Program-made: the position numbers and the translations under genes
Source of the DNA: Pseudomonadota bacterium
GTDB taxonomy: Bacteria; Bdellovibrionota_C; UBA2361; OMII01
Assembly: GCA_038134595.1 (NCBI GenBank)
Contig: JAYPVM010000001.1
Coordinates: 382,035-446,034 of the forward strand
Length of the DNA stretch: 64,000 bases
Direction of reading: 5' to 3'
Notes under the pieces: model-generated
Seen by the model: only the letters and a program-made list of their open reading frames with translations
Told to the model about the DNA's origin: nothing
Databases searched by the model: none
In this document: one piece after another, positions 1 to 9,649 of the stretch
Layout of the letters: the number at the start of each line of letters is the position of its first letter
Numbering within the stretch: position 1 is the stretch's first letter

Positions 1-305
1 AGGCGACGGCTCAAATAAGTCGTAAGAGGGAAGTCGTCGATAGCCTCTCAGGTATCGATGAACTTAGGGCTAGGAGGGGGAGCTTGGAAGTCAGGGATTC
101 CTTCAAGCCTTCATGATGTCCTTGATTGAGTGCGCGTCCTCAATGAAGGCGATGATTCGCATTTGTGTGTTGGATTCGCTTCCACGATAAGGAGAGCGAG
201 TGGTTCGTAGCTCGCTATATCGAGCCTGCCCCACTTTCCCTTGAAAGAATATTAATCCAAGATGACGTCGTAACTTATACCACTAAGGACGCACCGCTCA
301 GATGA
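1..305. pseudogene. Two IS91-like (rolling-circle) transposase fragments in opposite orientation
   Basis: Minus strand from 162 reads MRIIAFIEDAHSIKDIMKA*, then after a frameshift GIPDFQAPPP (typical IS91-type C-terminus). Plus strand 174-305 reads IRFHDKESEWFVARYIEPAPLSLERILIQDDVVTYTTKD (resembles the IS91 'RYI..P.LS.ERL..V.Y.TK' segment). Stops and frameshifts are present. Confidence 0.6.
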
Positions 306-407
306 ATAAAAAAAGAGGCATCGGCGAAGGGACTTGGAGCGGCTCAGGATGCGGCCAGCATGTGATAGACTTTTTCAATCAAAGAGCCATCTGTTGGATG
401 CGCTACC

Positions 408-923
408 CTAGCCTTTCTCGACAACCTTTGTCTTAAAAATCAAATCATGTAAAGCACATCGATCAGATCGAAAGAATGCAAGTAGGTACCCGATATGGAG
501 AATGATTCCGGAAATATTCTTACCAAGAGTGTCTCGTAAGCCTCCCTTCAAAAAGCCTAATGTTTCCCCAGTCTCTCTTACTACCTGAAGTCCGAAAATC
601 ATTTTCCCCGGAGTCGCACGCATTGACGAGTAAAAGTAGCCTGCATACAAAAAAGAGATCGCAGTGTTCATGATAAACTGGAGCTTATAATCTTCAAATA
701 TCGAATTTATGATACCGTGTGTACCGACGATAGCCCACAGCACAACATTCAAGATCACTGCTGCGCCAAGAAGAATGCAGCTATCCACTATAAACGCCCC
801 AATTCGCTTGCCCCTAGAAGCTAGCTTGAGGGGAGAGTCTAGGCTAATGCTTCTTTGAGATGCAAGGGCATCGCTCTTTAGATATGATTCGAGAATCGAC
901 TTGTCGTTATTTTGAGTATCCAT
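408..923 (-). CDS. RDD family membrane protein
   Basis: KRIGAFIVD, TPGKMIFGLQVV, LRD, LHDLIFKTKVV motifs; TM segments. Confidence 0.9.
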   Translation of the reverse strand: MDTQNNDKSILESYLKSDALASQRSISLDSPLKLASRGKRIGAFIVDSCILLGAAVILNVVLWAIVGTHGIINSIFEDYKLQFIMNTAISFLYAGYFYSSMRATPGKMIFGLQVVRETGETLGFLKGGLRDTLGKNISGIILHIGYLLAFFRSDRCALHDLIFKTKVVEKG

Positions 924-989
924 CTCTTTGAATTCTTGTTAGCCTAACGCAAGTTTTCCTATAAAATATTGTATCCTCCGGGTGTGACT

Positions 990-2696
990 ATGACAAGCTT
1001 AGAAGATGTGTTGCGTGATTTTGATCGAAGACTAGAGTCGATTGAAAAACAACTCAATCAAGGGAAATCACACGCTCTCGAGGTGGCTATTGCAACCCCA
1101 AAGATCGATCCCCCACGTAGAGCCCCGAAAACAAGCGAAATCGATTCAGGTAATCGATCCTCAAAGCCGGCGATCCCCAGTAGAGAATACAGAAACATAG
1201 AAAGCAGTCCGGCCCTCGATTCCTCGGGTATTTTGGGGATTATCGGGATCATATTTGTCATCTTAGCAGGCGTATTTTTTATAAAGATTTCGATCGATTC
1301 TGGTTGGCTTACACCGATGCGTCAGACCATAGTGGCGGCTGGCGCGGGATTGGCCTTTTTCCTTATACCACAGCTTTTTCCGAGGACAGAAAGGGAATAT
1401 GGCTCCTTATTGGCGGGTGCAGGGGCTACCATTCTCCATTTAACGTGGTTTGGCGCATATTTCTATCATTCTATCCTGGGAGCCAATGCGGCTCTTATTT
1501 GTGCTACCTTAGTGGGTATTTTTTCACTCTCAGTGAACTTTGACAAAGCTAATGCATTCTATGTTCTCATTGCCATGTCTGGCACGTATCTCTCGGCACC
1601 GATAATTGGTTACAACGTCGGTGAATTAGGTCTGTTATCAATCTTTCTTATCATTTGGAATATCTCATTTTCGATGTTGTCTCTGATTATTAAGCGTCGA
1701 GACATCATGTTCATAGCGAGTTATTATGCGGTATTTACGGTGTTGTTGTTATCAGGCAAAGCAATCGGATATGAGCAATACTTTGATTTGCTAGTGCTTA
1801 ATCTAGTGCAGTTCGTGATTTTTGCCTTTGCCATGTTCTACTACTCTGTATTCAATAACAGCACGTTGACGAGTGATGAGAGCCTTGCCGTATTAGCGCT
1901 GCTACTGTTGTTTTACTTTTCGATGGACCATGTAATTACATCTATTAGTCCTGGATTTGCACCATGGTTTGGAATGGCGATAGGTGCGGGTGTGCTAGGT
2001 ATATATTTACTGGCTCGCCGCTACCTCAAAGGAGAGCTCAAAAGTGGTTCAGCGCTGACCGCCTTTGCTGCGATAACCTTCGTGCATAGTTTCTATTTCG
2101 AAATCTTGAGTGAATCTCTCAAGCCGCTCGCCGGCCTCGTATTAGGAGCCCTAGTGGTGACGTTGTGGGGCAAAAGTGTGCGTGCTCGAGAGAGGTATTT
2201 TTTCCCCTCGGCAATTTTAGCATCAACCTTTGCATATGGGGCGTTATTGACGGTAGTGTCACCTACGGCCTATATCTTGTACAACTGGCTCTATGGAGGT
2301 GTTGTGCTAGCAGGAGTTATTGGATTGGCTTCCAGTCGAGAGACTCGTTCACAGGTAACCGAATATTCACCGTTACTTTTAGGATTCGCCCATCTGGAGA
2401 TTATGCTGGGTCTCTATCGATTCTCCTTACAAATTTCATGGTCGGGGGCCCTCTTTGTAACGATCACCTGGGGCCTCTACGCGGCTTTGATACTTGCTGT
2501 TGCATATGCGCGCCGAGATAAAATGCTTGGTAATTCAGCCCTGACGATTCTACTTGCAGTCAGCCTGAAAGCATTTTTCTATGATGCTCGGTATACTAGC
2601 AATCTCACTCGAGTTGTATGCCTACTTGTTGAAGGGCTACTGCTCTATTGTGGTGGCTGGATTTTTAGGAAGATGCAGAGATGGACAACGCAGTAA
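990..2696 (+). CDS. DUF2339-like polytopic membrane protein
   Basis: Short N-terminal coiled segment, Pro-rich linker, 'GIIFVILAGVFFIKISIDSGWLTP' motif, many TMs, C-terminal 'LKAFFYD...RVV'. ATG at 990 preferred. Confidence 0.8.
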   Translation: MTSLEDVLRDFDRRLESIEKQLNQGKSHALEVAIATPKIDPPRRAPKTSEIDSGNRSSKPAIPSREYRNIESSPALDSSGILGIIGIIFVILAGVFFIKISIDSGWLTPMRQTIVAAGAGLAFFLIPQLFPRTEREYGSLLAGAGATILHLTWFGAYFYHSILGANAALICATLVGIFSLSVNFDKANAFYVLIAMSGTYLSAPIIGYNVGELGLLSIFLIIWNISFSMLSLIIKRRDIMFIASYYAVFTVLLLSGKAIGYEQYFDLLVLNLVQFVIFAFAMFYYSVFNNSTLTSDESLAVLALLLLFYFSMDHVITSISPGFAPWFGMAIGAGVLGIYLLARRYLKGELKSGSALTAFAAITFVHSFYFEILSESLKPLAGLVLGALVVTLWGKSVRARERYFFPSAILASTFAYGALLTVVSPTAYILYNWLYGGVVLAGVIGLASSRETRSQVTEYSPLLLGFAHLEIMLGLYRFSLQISWSGALFVTITWGLYAALILAVAYARRDKMLGNSALTILLAVSLKAFFYDARYTSNLTRVVCLLVEGLLLYCGGWIFRKMQRWTTQ

Positions 2697-2739
2697 GGAG
2701 GGTTCACGTAATTGGAGAGACAGCATGATGTAGCGAATT

Positions 2740-2824
2740 GATAGTGAGGTCAATTTACTTTTTGCAAGTAGTTGAATCGTGCGGGTCGGCCGAATCCCTA
2801 GGTCCAAAGCTCCTTAGCAAGAGA
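2740..2824 (+). repeat. ~85-bp direct repeat, copy 1 (copy 2 at 3633-3715)
   Basis: Shared TTTTGCAAGTA.TTGAATCGTGCGGGT.GGCCGAATCCCTAGGTCCAAAGCTCCTTAGCAAGAGA. Confidence 0.9.
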
Positions 2825-2921
2825 GGACGTTATGCACTCACTGATAGAGGAGACTAATTTGCGTAGGAGGCTGGCAACCTATATTCAAAGAGCTCTGCCG
2901 ACATCGTTTCCGCAGCGAGCT

Positions 2922-3449
2922 TTATTCATTTGATACCAGCGGCTCTGATACGTTTATCTGGCAACCATGAACGGCAGTGCTTAGCGTATCTCGGTTAGAC
3001 GGTATTGAATGATATCCAGCTATGTAGTTCATCAGTTGCTGTATTTCAAATCTCTGATCTTCTATCAAAGCTCGTACGATATCGCCAATTGAAACCAGTC
3101 CGCACAGTTTATTTTTATCCAGAACAGGCAAATAGCGCGCGTGCTGATTTGCCATTAGCGAGAAGCACTCTCGAATTGTTGTTTCCAAGGTAACTGAGGA
3201 GAGACACGGCTCAACGATCTCTCCTAAAGAGCGGTAATCGAAGTCAGAAGGATGGAGATCGAACTGCATCAAACAATCTCGCTCCGAGACGATTCCGACA
3301 AGCTTTTTTCGATCAACAACAAGAATCGCACCAATACTTTGATTGCGCATGATCTCAACTGCATCACGTACCGTCGCTTCACTAGGAAGACACCAAATTT
3401 TTTTTGATTTTTTAACAGCAAGAACCTCTGAAACTTTTGTGTTGAGCAT
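2922..3449 (-). CDS. CBS-pair domain protein
   Basis: ATVRDAVEIM..GAILVVD..LVGIVSERD and LPVLD..LCGLVSIGDIV; ATG 3449 follows a G-rich RBS. Confidence 0.9.
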   Translation of the reverse strand: MLNTKVSEVLAVKKSKKIWCLPSEATVRDAVEIMRNQSIGAILVVDRKKLVGIVSERDCLMQFDLHPSDFDYRSLGEIVEPCLSSVTLETTIRECFSLMANQHARYLPVLDKNKLCGLVSIGDIVRALIEDQRFEIQQLMNYIAGYHSIPSNRDTLSTAVHGCQINVSEPLVSNE

Positions 3450-3632
3450 GGCCCCCCCCAATTAAGTCGCATCAGCTTATTCTGATTGCCTTATAGTACT
3501 TAATGTAAGGGGCCATTTGAAGGAAAAAGAACGACTAGCTTCAGTTATACGGCAACTTCTTAGGAAATGTAATAGGTATTAGATGGTTATAGTGTGTCTA
3601 CGAAGAGGCGGATTCATATCCCAAGAGTGATG

Positions 3633-3715
3633 GATAGTAAGATCAATTCACTTTTGCAAGTAATTGAATCGTGCGGGTTGGCCGAATCCCTAGGTCCAAA
3701 GCTCCTTAGCAAGAG
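3633..3715 (+). repeat. ~85-bp direct repeat, copy 2
   Basis: Near-identical to 2740-2824. Confidence 0.9.
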
Positions 3716-4177
3716 ATGAAGAAGGCCTCGAAATGCTTGTGCTGTCTCTCCCCGTACAGAATCTACTTGTGTCGTAAATGCACGGCGCCTGTTGATCTTA
3801 TAGCTTCATAAGTTCTATCAGTATAACCAACAAGGCAAACTATAGAGCTATCGCGGTGCTCGTTGTGTTTTGATCTACTCTGAGGATTGTGAAGAAATAC
3901 CGTCGAGTACTCGTTCGAAAGAGAGACGGTAATCCCCGGCATTGTCGGTAAATTTTAAGGAAGAGACGTCCAATCACGGAGTTTTGAGAAGTGAAGTCCA
4001 GAAGACTTCTCAAAACTCAGCCTGAGAAATGAAATCATAAGCCTCGCACATAAGTGACAAATCGCTACATGCATTACAAGTAATGCGGGACACAGAATAT
4101 AGATAGCGCTTTACTCACAAGTAAGTGTTCCTAATGTAAGCGTGAATAAATAACTTTGTTTGATGCTATGCAACGCT

Positions 4178-4423
4178 TCAGATCGGAAGTCGAGCGTCTT
4201 TCATTCGGATTGTGGGAAGCGAGGGGCCTACGAACATGACCGCTGAATCTTCAATCTCATCGGAGTTGGCTATCTTTGAGATAAGTTCGGAGCGCGTGTT
4301 ACTGAAGTGTCGGATCGTTCCGGCCATAGGTCTTGATGCTTGGTTATCCCAAATGCTATCGACAAGCTCGATCCACTGTCCTTCAAATGCTTCTTGAATT
4401 CTGCTCCAAGGGATTTTTGCCAT
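4178..4423 (-). CDS. Small hypothetical protein
   Basis: 81-aa ATG-started ORF with globular composition (W..I..AF.GQWI.L motif), divergent from hisS. Confidence 0.6.
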   Translation of the reverse strand: MAKIPWSRIQEAFEGQWIELVDSIWDNQASRPMAGTIRHFSNTRSELISKIANSDEIEDSAVMFVGPSLPTIRMKDARLPI

Positions 4424-4714
4424 AGTGCACCAGCTCTTTTCTTGTAACTCTGTAAGTCGGGGACCGTTCGACCCTAAATTCAGCAGTAGTATACGAGGAT
4501 TCGATTTCTTTGTGAAGGTAAATCGGCTTGGGAGACATACTCTAATGAAGTATTTTTATCCATTTATTTGGCTATGTTAGTGCGTTGGAGATGCTTTGGT
4601 GATACGCTTTAGCACGAATGTTTTTAGTCTTCTTTACCCAAAACCCTCTGTTGAGGTACGTTTGAGAAGTCACCAAAGTGGTCGTAAGTATAGGAAAAAA
4701 GGAAATAGGTATCG

Positions 4715-6037
4715 ATGGCCAAGCCAACTAAGATCTCAGGTTTTCCGGAATGGTTACCGGAGCAAAAAATCGCAGAGGATAATCTAATCGCTCGGATTAA
4801 GGCCGTGTACCATAGCCTCGGATTCATACCTATCGAAACACCGGCTGTGGAGCTCCTCACAACGCTTGGCTCAAAAGGAGTTATCGACAAGGAGATATTT
4901 GCCGTTCAGCGAGTGCACGCCCAGGAAGGAGACAAGGCAGAGCTTGGACTCCATTTTGACCTCACGGTGCCGTTAGCAAGATACGTAGCGCAGCACAGCC
5001 ATAATTTAATTTTTCCATTTAAGCGTTATCAATTGCAGAAAGTTTGGCGTGGAGATAGACCGCAAAAGGGTCGCTTTAGGGAATTCCAACAGTTTGATAT
5101 CGATATTATTGGTCGAAACGACCTGCCGCTTTCATGTGACGCAGAGGTGTTATCGGCAGTTTCTTTAGTGATGAAGGAGATACCTGCCGGACCATACACA
5201 ATACGAATCAACAATCGAAAGCTTCTCTCGGGCATCTATGGAGCCCTGGGTCTTGAAGGTGAGGCAAGGAAATCTGCTGTGATAGCTGTCGATAAGCTCT
5301 TAAAGATAGGCAAAGAGGGAGTCGCTAAAGAATTAGCTGAGATACCGGGAGCAAATGAAGCGTTGATTGAATCAATTATCGCATCTACTGCGATTCAGTG
5401 TAGCCCTGATGAGTTGGCAGAGAGAGTCGCGTCGCTAGGTGTCGCTAGTGAAGAGATATCTCAAGGGATCGCCGAATTGACCTCAATTTGGGAGCTTGTT
5501 CCCCCGTTGGCGAGAGAGGGGATTGTTGTCGATTGTAGTTTGGCTCGAGGACTCGATTATTACACCGGACTCATCGTAGAAGTATCGCTCGATACGTATC
5601 CTGAGTTTGGAACCGTTCTTTCGGGAGGACGATACGATAACTTAGCTTCAGAGTTTACCAATGAGAAATTGCCGGGTGTTGGTATATCAGTCGGATTAAC
5701 CCGACTGATGGAACTTCTGTTAACTGAAGGATTAATAGCAACTGACAAGCGTTCGACGAGTGAGATGCTTGTTACGGTATACGATGAATCACAGCGGGTA
5801 GCGTGTAATACTATTGCGTACGAACTTCGTGAGTTGGGGATAGATACTGAGGTGTATTTCAAGAGTCCAAAACTCGGAAAACAGATCGAGTACGCAGAGC
5901 AAAAAGGTATTCGGTATGTATTGTTTCTAGATGCAGAATCAGGTGAGATGCGTATCAAGGACATCGTTACCAAGCAGCAAGAAACGATACCTTCAGTGGA
6001 AGCTTGGGTTGTAAAGCGCCAGACTTCTGATGATTAA
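4715..6037 (+). CDS. hisS: Histidine--tRNA ligase
   Basis: FDLTVPLARY, VWRGDRPQKGRFREFQQFDID, LARGLDYYTG, SGGRYD; anticodon-binding C-terminus. Confidence 0.97.
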   Translation: MAKPTKISGFPEWLPEQKIAEDNLIARIKAVYHSLGFIPIETPAVELLTTLGSKGVIDKEIFAVQRVHAQEGDKAELGLHFDLTVPLARYVAQHSHNLIFPFKRYQLQKVWRGDRPQKGRFREFQQFDIDIIGRNDLPLSCDAEVLSAVSLVMKEIPAGPYTIRINNRKLLSGIYGALGLEGEARKSAVIAVDKLLKIGKEGVAKELAEIPGANEALIESIIASTAIQCSPDELAERVASLGVASEEISQGIAELTSIWELVPPLAREGIVVDCSLARGLDYYTGLIVEVSLDTYPEFGTVLSGGRYDNLASEFTNEKLPGVGISVGLTRLMELLLTEGLIATDKRSTSEMLVTVYDESQRVACNTIAYELRELGIDTEVYFKSPKLGKQIEYAEQKGIRYVLFLDAESGEMRIKDIVTKQQETIPSVEAWVVKRQTSDD

Positions 6038-6434
6038 GAAACTCACCATAACAACCGATGGACAAGGCCTGCATGAGATTACCGATGCGGTGATGCGGGC
6101 AGTGCATTCATCTGATGTAAGTGAAGGGCTGTGTACGGTCTTTGTGCGACACACCTCGGCGAGTCTTACTATTCAAGAAAACGCAGATCCATCAGCGAAG
6201 GGAGACCTCGAGGCGTGGCTTAACCGGCTTGTTCCTGAAAGAGATCAACTGTACACCCATACCAGTGAAGGTCCCGATGACATGCCGTCACATATCAAGG
6301 CGATTTTGACAGCAACCTCTCTATCAATACCCGTTTCACAGGGGATTCTTGTGCTCGGCACGTGGCAGGGTATCTATCTGTGGGAGCACAGAAAAAGAAG
6401 CCATGTGCGAGAAGTTGTCGTCCATGTCGGCTAA
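6030..6434 (+). CDS. yjbQ: YjbQ/UPF0047 family protein
   Basis: HTSASLTIQENADP, EGPDDMPSHIK, LGTWQGIYLWEHR. Confidence 0.93.
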   Translation: MIKKLTITTDGQGLHEITDAVMRAVHSSDVSEGLCTVFVRHTSASLTIQENADPSAKGDLEAWLNRLVPERDQLYTHTSEGPDDMPSHIKAILTATSLSIPVSQGILVLGTWQGIYLWEHRKRSHVREVVVHVG

Positions 6435-6457
6435 ATATGTTCCAATAAGAAGTAACT

Positions 6458-7045
6458 ATGACTGATACATTGGACGCAATAGATAAGATTTTACAGGAGG
6501 TGTTTTTCATTACGGGAAACGCGCATAAATTGCGTGAGGTCGAGGCTATCTTAGGTAGTATGCGGCATGTAAATCTTGATTTGCCAGAGCTTCAAGAGCT
6601 CGAACCAAGAAAAGTAGTAATCGCAAAAGCACAAGCCGCCCTCGAAAAGGGCTACTCTCCTGTTTTAATTGAAGACACCTCGCTCTCTCTGCGAGCTCTT
6701 AATGGATTGCCGGGTCCACTGATTAAATGGTTTCTTAAAGCGGTCGGTGGAGAGGGAGTTTATCACATGGCTCATTCTAAGGGAGATTGCCATGCTGAGG
6801 TGCGGACCATTTTTGGGCTCGCATTTGGACCACAAACATTTATCTACGGAGAGGGTGTTGTATTGGGCAGTGTGGTGAGCCCGCGAGGAACTGGATTCGG
6901 TTGGGATGCGATTTTTTGCCCGGAGGGAAGTGAAAAGACAATGGGAGAGATGACGCAGGAGGAAAAAACCTCGTGTAGTATGCGGACACTCGCCTTGCAT
7001 GATCTTCGAGAACAGTTGGCACGGTATTACCAAAAACAGTTGTAA
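6458..7045 (+). CDS. Non-canonical purine NTP pyrophosphatase (HAM1/ITPase/RdgB family)
   Basis: FITGNAHKLRE, IEDTSL, ALNGLPGP, GFGWDAIF, EMTQEEK..SMR. Confidence 0.92.
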   Translation: MTDTLDAIDKILQEVFFITGNAHKLREVEAILGSMRHVNLDLPELQELEPRKVVIAKAQAALEKGYSPVLIEDTSLSLRALNGLPGPLIKWFLKAVGGEGVYHMAHSKGDCHAEVRTIFGLAFGPQTFIYGEGVVLGSVVSPRGTGFGWDAIFCPEGSEKTMGEMTQEEKTSCSMRTLALHDLREQLARYYQKQL

Positions 7046-7052
7046 CCGCTGT

Positions 7053-8057
7053 ATGACAAAGCCCGTGATATCAAACAATATGGAGCGTGTTGCTCGCAAG
7101 CTTTTCACAGATCAAGATGCGCAAAAGAATTTCTGTGAGGCGCTGATTGCCGAAAGCTCTAAGCGTACTGCTGTTGCGTGGGTGGGTGAGGCATCTAATG
7201 CTCCTTCGTTTTCTATCGATAAGAACCAGAAGCCTCAATGGATACCGGAGTGGATAGATATCGCGGATGCCGAAGATCAACCTGGTAGATCGAGTGAACA
7301 CGAGGGCGGTAAGATATATTGTTTAGATCTTTCATCGGTCTTTGCACTTGCACCGCTATTTTCTCTTTCGGCAAATGAAGTCAAAGATGAGATAAACCTT
7401 GTCATCGACATGTGCGCAGCCCCCGGAGGAAAAGGAATAGTGTCATGGCGAAATTTCAAGCCTCAGTTAATTGTTGCCAATGAGGTTATGAACAAACGAA
7501 CTGCCGCACTTATTTCAAACTATAAGCGGTGTTCGATAGCTCCTTCGATGATTACATCGTGTGATCCGGGGCTTCTTGCCTCGTTAGTATCGGCAGTAGC
7601 TGATCTGGTGATTGTCGATGCTCCATGCTCAGGGCAATCTCTACTTGTAAAAGGTATGCCTGCACCGGGGGCGTTTCACCGCGCAACTATAGCGCTTAAT
7701 GAGCGGCGGCAAAGGCGAATCCTTGCAAACTCAGCGAGCTTAGTCAGACCCGGAGGATATCTTCTCTATGCAACGTGTACGTTTTCAATTGAAGAAAATG
7801 AAAAGAACATGTATTGGTTCTGTAAAACCTTTCCTGATTTTGTGACCCTGCCAGTTGATACGCTAGCTGAGTTTTCGTCCCCACACGGACGAGGGGATTC
7901 GTATCGATTGTTCCCACAGCACGGCTATGGAGCAGGGGCGTTTGCTTGTCTGCTAAAGCGATCAGGAGAGGCGGAGAGGCTGCCTATTGATGAACGGGTA
8001 GCTCAAGTTGTCTCGAGTGTCCGTGCTATGTGGAGTGCTGGGGTTGTGACAGGATAG
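7053..8057 (+). CDS. RsmB/RsmF/NOP2-family RNA m5C methyltransferase
   Basis: DMCAAPGGK, VDAPCSG, LLYATCTF..EENE motifs. Confidence 0.9.
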   Translation: MTKPVISNNMERVARKLFTDQDAQKNFCEALIAESSKRTAVAWVGEASNAPSFSIDKNQKPQWIPEWIDIADAEDQPGRSSEHEGGKIYCLDLSSVFALAPLFSLSANEVKDEINLVIDMCAAPGGKGIVSWRNFKPQLIVANEVMNKRTAALISNYKRCSIAPSMITSCDPGLLASLVSAVADLVIVDAPCSGQSLLVKGMPAPGAFHRATIALNERRQRRILANSASLVRPGGYLLYATCTFSIEENEKNMYWFCKTFPDFVTLPVDTLAEFSSPHGRGDSYRLFPQHGYGAGAFACLLKRSGEAERLPIDERVAQVVSSVRAMWSAGVVTG

Positions 8058-8168
8058 GGAAGAAAAGAGAGGAGCGCCTAATTTATGGGAAGGTCTAAAT
8101 ACGTATCTAGGCAGTGCATCAGTGGGCATCAGTCCAGCGGCGTTAAGCCGGACATAAGAAAACCAAAT

Positions 8169-8921
8169 ATGAGAACACTTCTATCCAAGCTACCAGAGGC
8201 GATTAAAGCTGTTCTGCGGCTCACAAGACACACTATAACGACACTACCGTACTATGGGAAAGGGAGATACTGCCCAGTGTGCAGTCGGTCATCGTCTCGA
8301 TTTGAGTCGTTTGGAATAGTGCCACGTGAAGACGCTCGATGTCCTTACTGTGGCGCTCTCGAACGCCATCGTTTTGTGTGGCTTTTTTTTCAAAATAACA
8401 CGGACCTCTTTGATGGTAAAATCAAGAAAATGCTTCACGTAGCACCTGAGCCATGCTTTGAATCAATTTTCAAGGATCGGTTAGGTGGTAATTACTTGAC
8501 TGCTGATTTATTTAATCCCCGTGCTATGGTGAAGATGGATATTTGCGATATTAAATATCCTGATGGGTCGTTTGATGTCATTTATTGCAGTCATGTATTG
8601 GAACATGTTTTCGACGATAAACAGGCGATGAGTGAATTTTTTCGAGTTCTGAATCAAAATGGTTGGGCGATACTAAATGTCCCGGTGGGCCGAGAAGCAA
8701 CAACATTTGAGGATCCAGCAATAGTTGACCCTAAAGAGCGACTAAAGGCTTTTGGCCAGGCAGATCATGTTAGGCGTTATGGCCAAGATTATGTCGAGCG
8801 GCTTCGTGACTCAGGATTTACCGTCAAGATCATCAAAGTAGGCGACTTGATCGATAGCGATGAAGCGGTAAGAATGGGATTAACGCGAGCTAGCGGCGAG
8901 ATTTATTTTTGCACAAAGTGA
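8169..8921 (+). CDS. Class I SAM-dependent methyltransferase with N-terminal CxxC..CxxC (cassette 1)
   Basis: CPVC..CPYCGALERHR, LHVAPEP, FDVIYCSHVLEHV, FGQADHVRRYG. Confidence 0.88.
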   Translation: MRTLLSKLPEAIKAVLRLTRHTITTLPYYGKGRYCPVCSRSSSRFESFGIVPREDARCPYCGALERHRFVWLFFQNNTDLFDGKIKKMLHVAPEPCFESIFKDRLGGNYLTADLFNPRAMVKMDICDIKYPDGSFDVIYCSHVLEHVFDDKQAMSEFFRVLNQNGWAILNVPVGREATTFEDPAIVDPKERLKAFGQADHVRRYGQDYVERLRDSGFTVKIIKVGDLIDSDEAVRMGLTRASGEIYFCTK

Positions 8922-8927
8922 CATGGC

Positions 8928-8998
8928 GGCTAACAAGGTGTTGCACCGGACTGCAATTTCGCTGCGCTCTACTGCTGCCGGTGGGCTTCACTTTATAT
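8928..8998 (+). other. attC-like recombination site (degenerate)
   Basis: GGCTAAC-AAGGTGTTG-CACCGG...GCTGCGCT...CCGGTG...TTTATAT; inner inverted repeat CACCGG/CCGGTG; R' G mutated. Confidence 0.75.
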
Positions 8999-9019
8999 CG
9001 CAGATAGAGAATCAAACTA

Positions 9020-9574
9020 ATGAACTTATCAAATCCTGAAGTAGCCGAGTGTTTTGTTTGCGAGCGACTGGGAGAACAACCTCGAAGGCTCGCACACGTT
9101 TTAAGAGTAACTGAGAAAGTAAGGGAATCAGCAAAAGTCATAGAAGAAAATCATCCTGAATTGCCCTCTAAGGCGGATTTGGCAATATGCGTTGCGTTAC
9201 TTCATGACATTGGTTATGCAAAAAGCTTAGCTGTTACTGGATTTCATCCAATTGATGGCTTTAATTTTCTTAAACAGCAAGGTTTTGATGAACTTGCGCG
9301 TTTAATAGTGGGACACAGCTGTTCACCTGAAGAAGCCGAACTTAACGGCCTCGACGAAATCATTTCCAGTGACTCGCTAGAAGCAAAATTAGTGACTTAT
9401 TGGGACATGCGAGTTAAGCAAGGTGGTAGGCTTGTTTCGTACGAAGAACGGCTGAATGATATTATCACAAGATACGGAGAACACAGCATTGTAAGCTAAG
9501 CAAATTTAAAGTCTCAAGGACGCTTAACGGAAGAATTTGTTGAAGTAGAAAAGCTGTTGAAATATGACAAATAA
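9020..9574 (+). pseudogene. HD-domain phosphohydrolase (cassette 2) with probable premature stop at 9497-9499
   Basis: RLAHVLRV, ALLHDIGY, TGFHPIDG, VGHS, YWD. The frame continues 24 codons past the TAA (ANLKSQGRLTEEFVEVEKLLKYDK*) and ends inside the next attC, as cassette ORFs typically do. Confidence 0.7.
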
Positions 9575-9626
9575 AGTTAACGTATTTTCGCCCTTCGTGC
9601 GAAATCCGGTGCTTTAACTGTTAACC
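9562..9626 (+). other. attC-like recombination site (degenerate)
   Basis: ATATGAC...AAAG...ATTTTCGC-CCTTCGT-GCGAAAT-CCGGTGCTTT-AACT-GTTAACC imperfect palindrome. Confidence 0.7.
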
Positions 9627-9649
9627 GGCAAATTTAGAGAGGAGTTACT

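Noticed and set aside
393..948. RDD gene as a further integron cassette (GTTAGGC before the start, ATCCAAC after the stop, minus strand)
   Set aside because: The two core sites are not complementary and no convincing attC palindrome follows; may be chance
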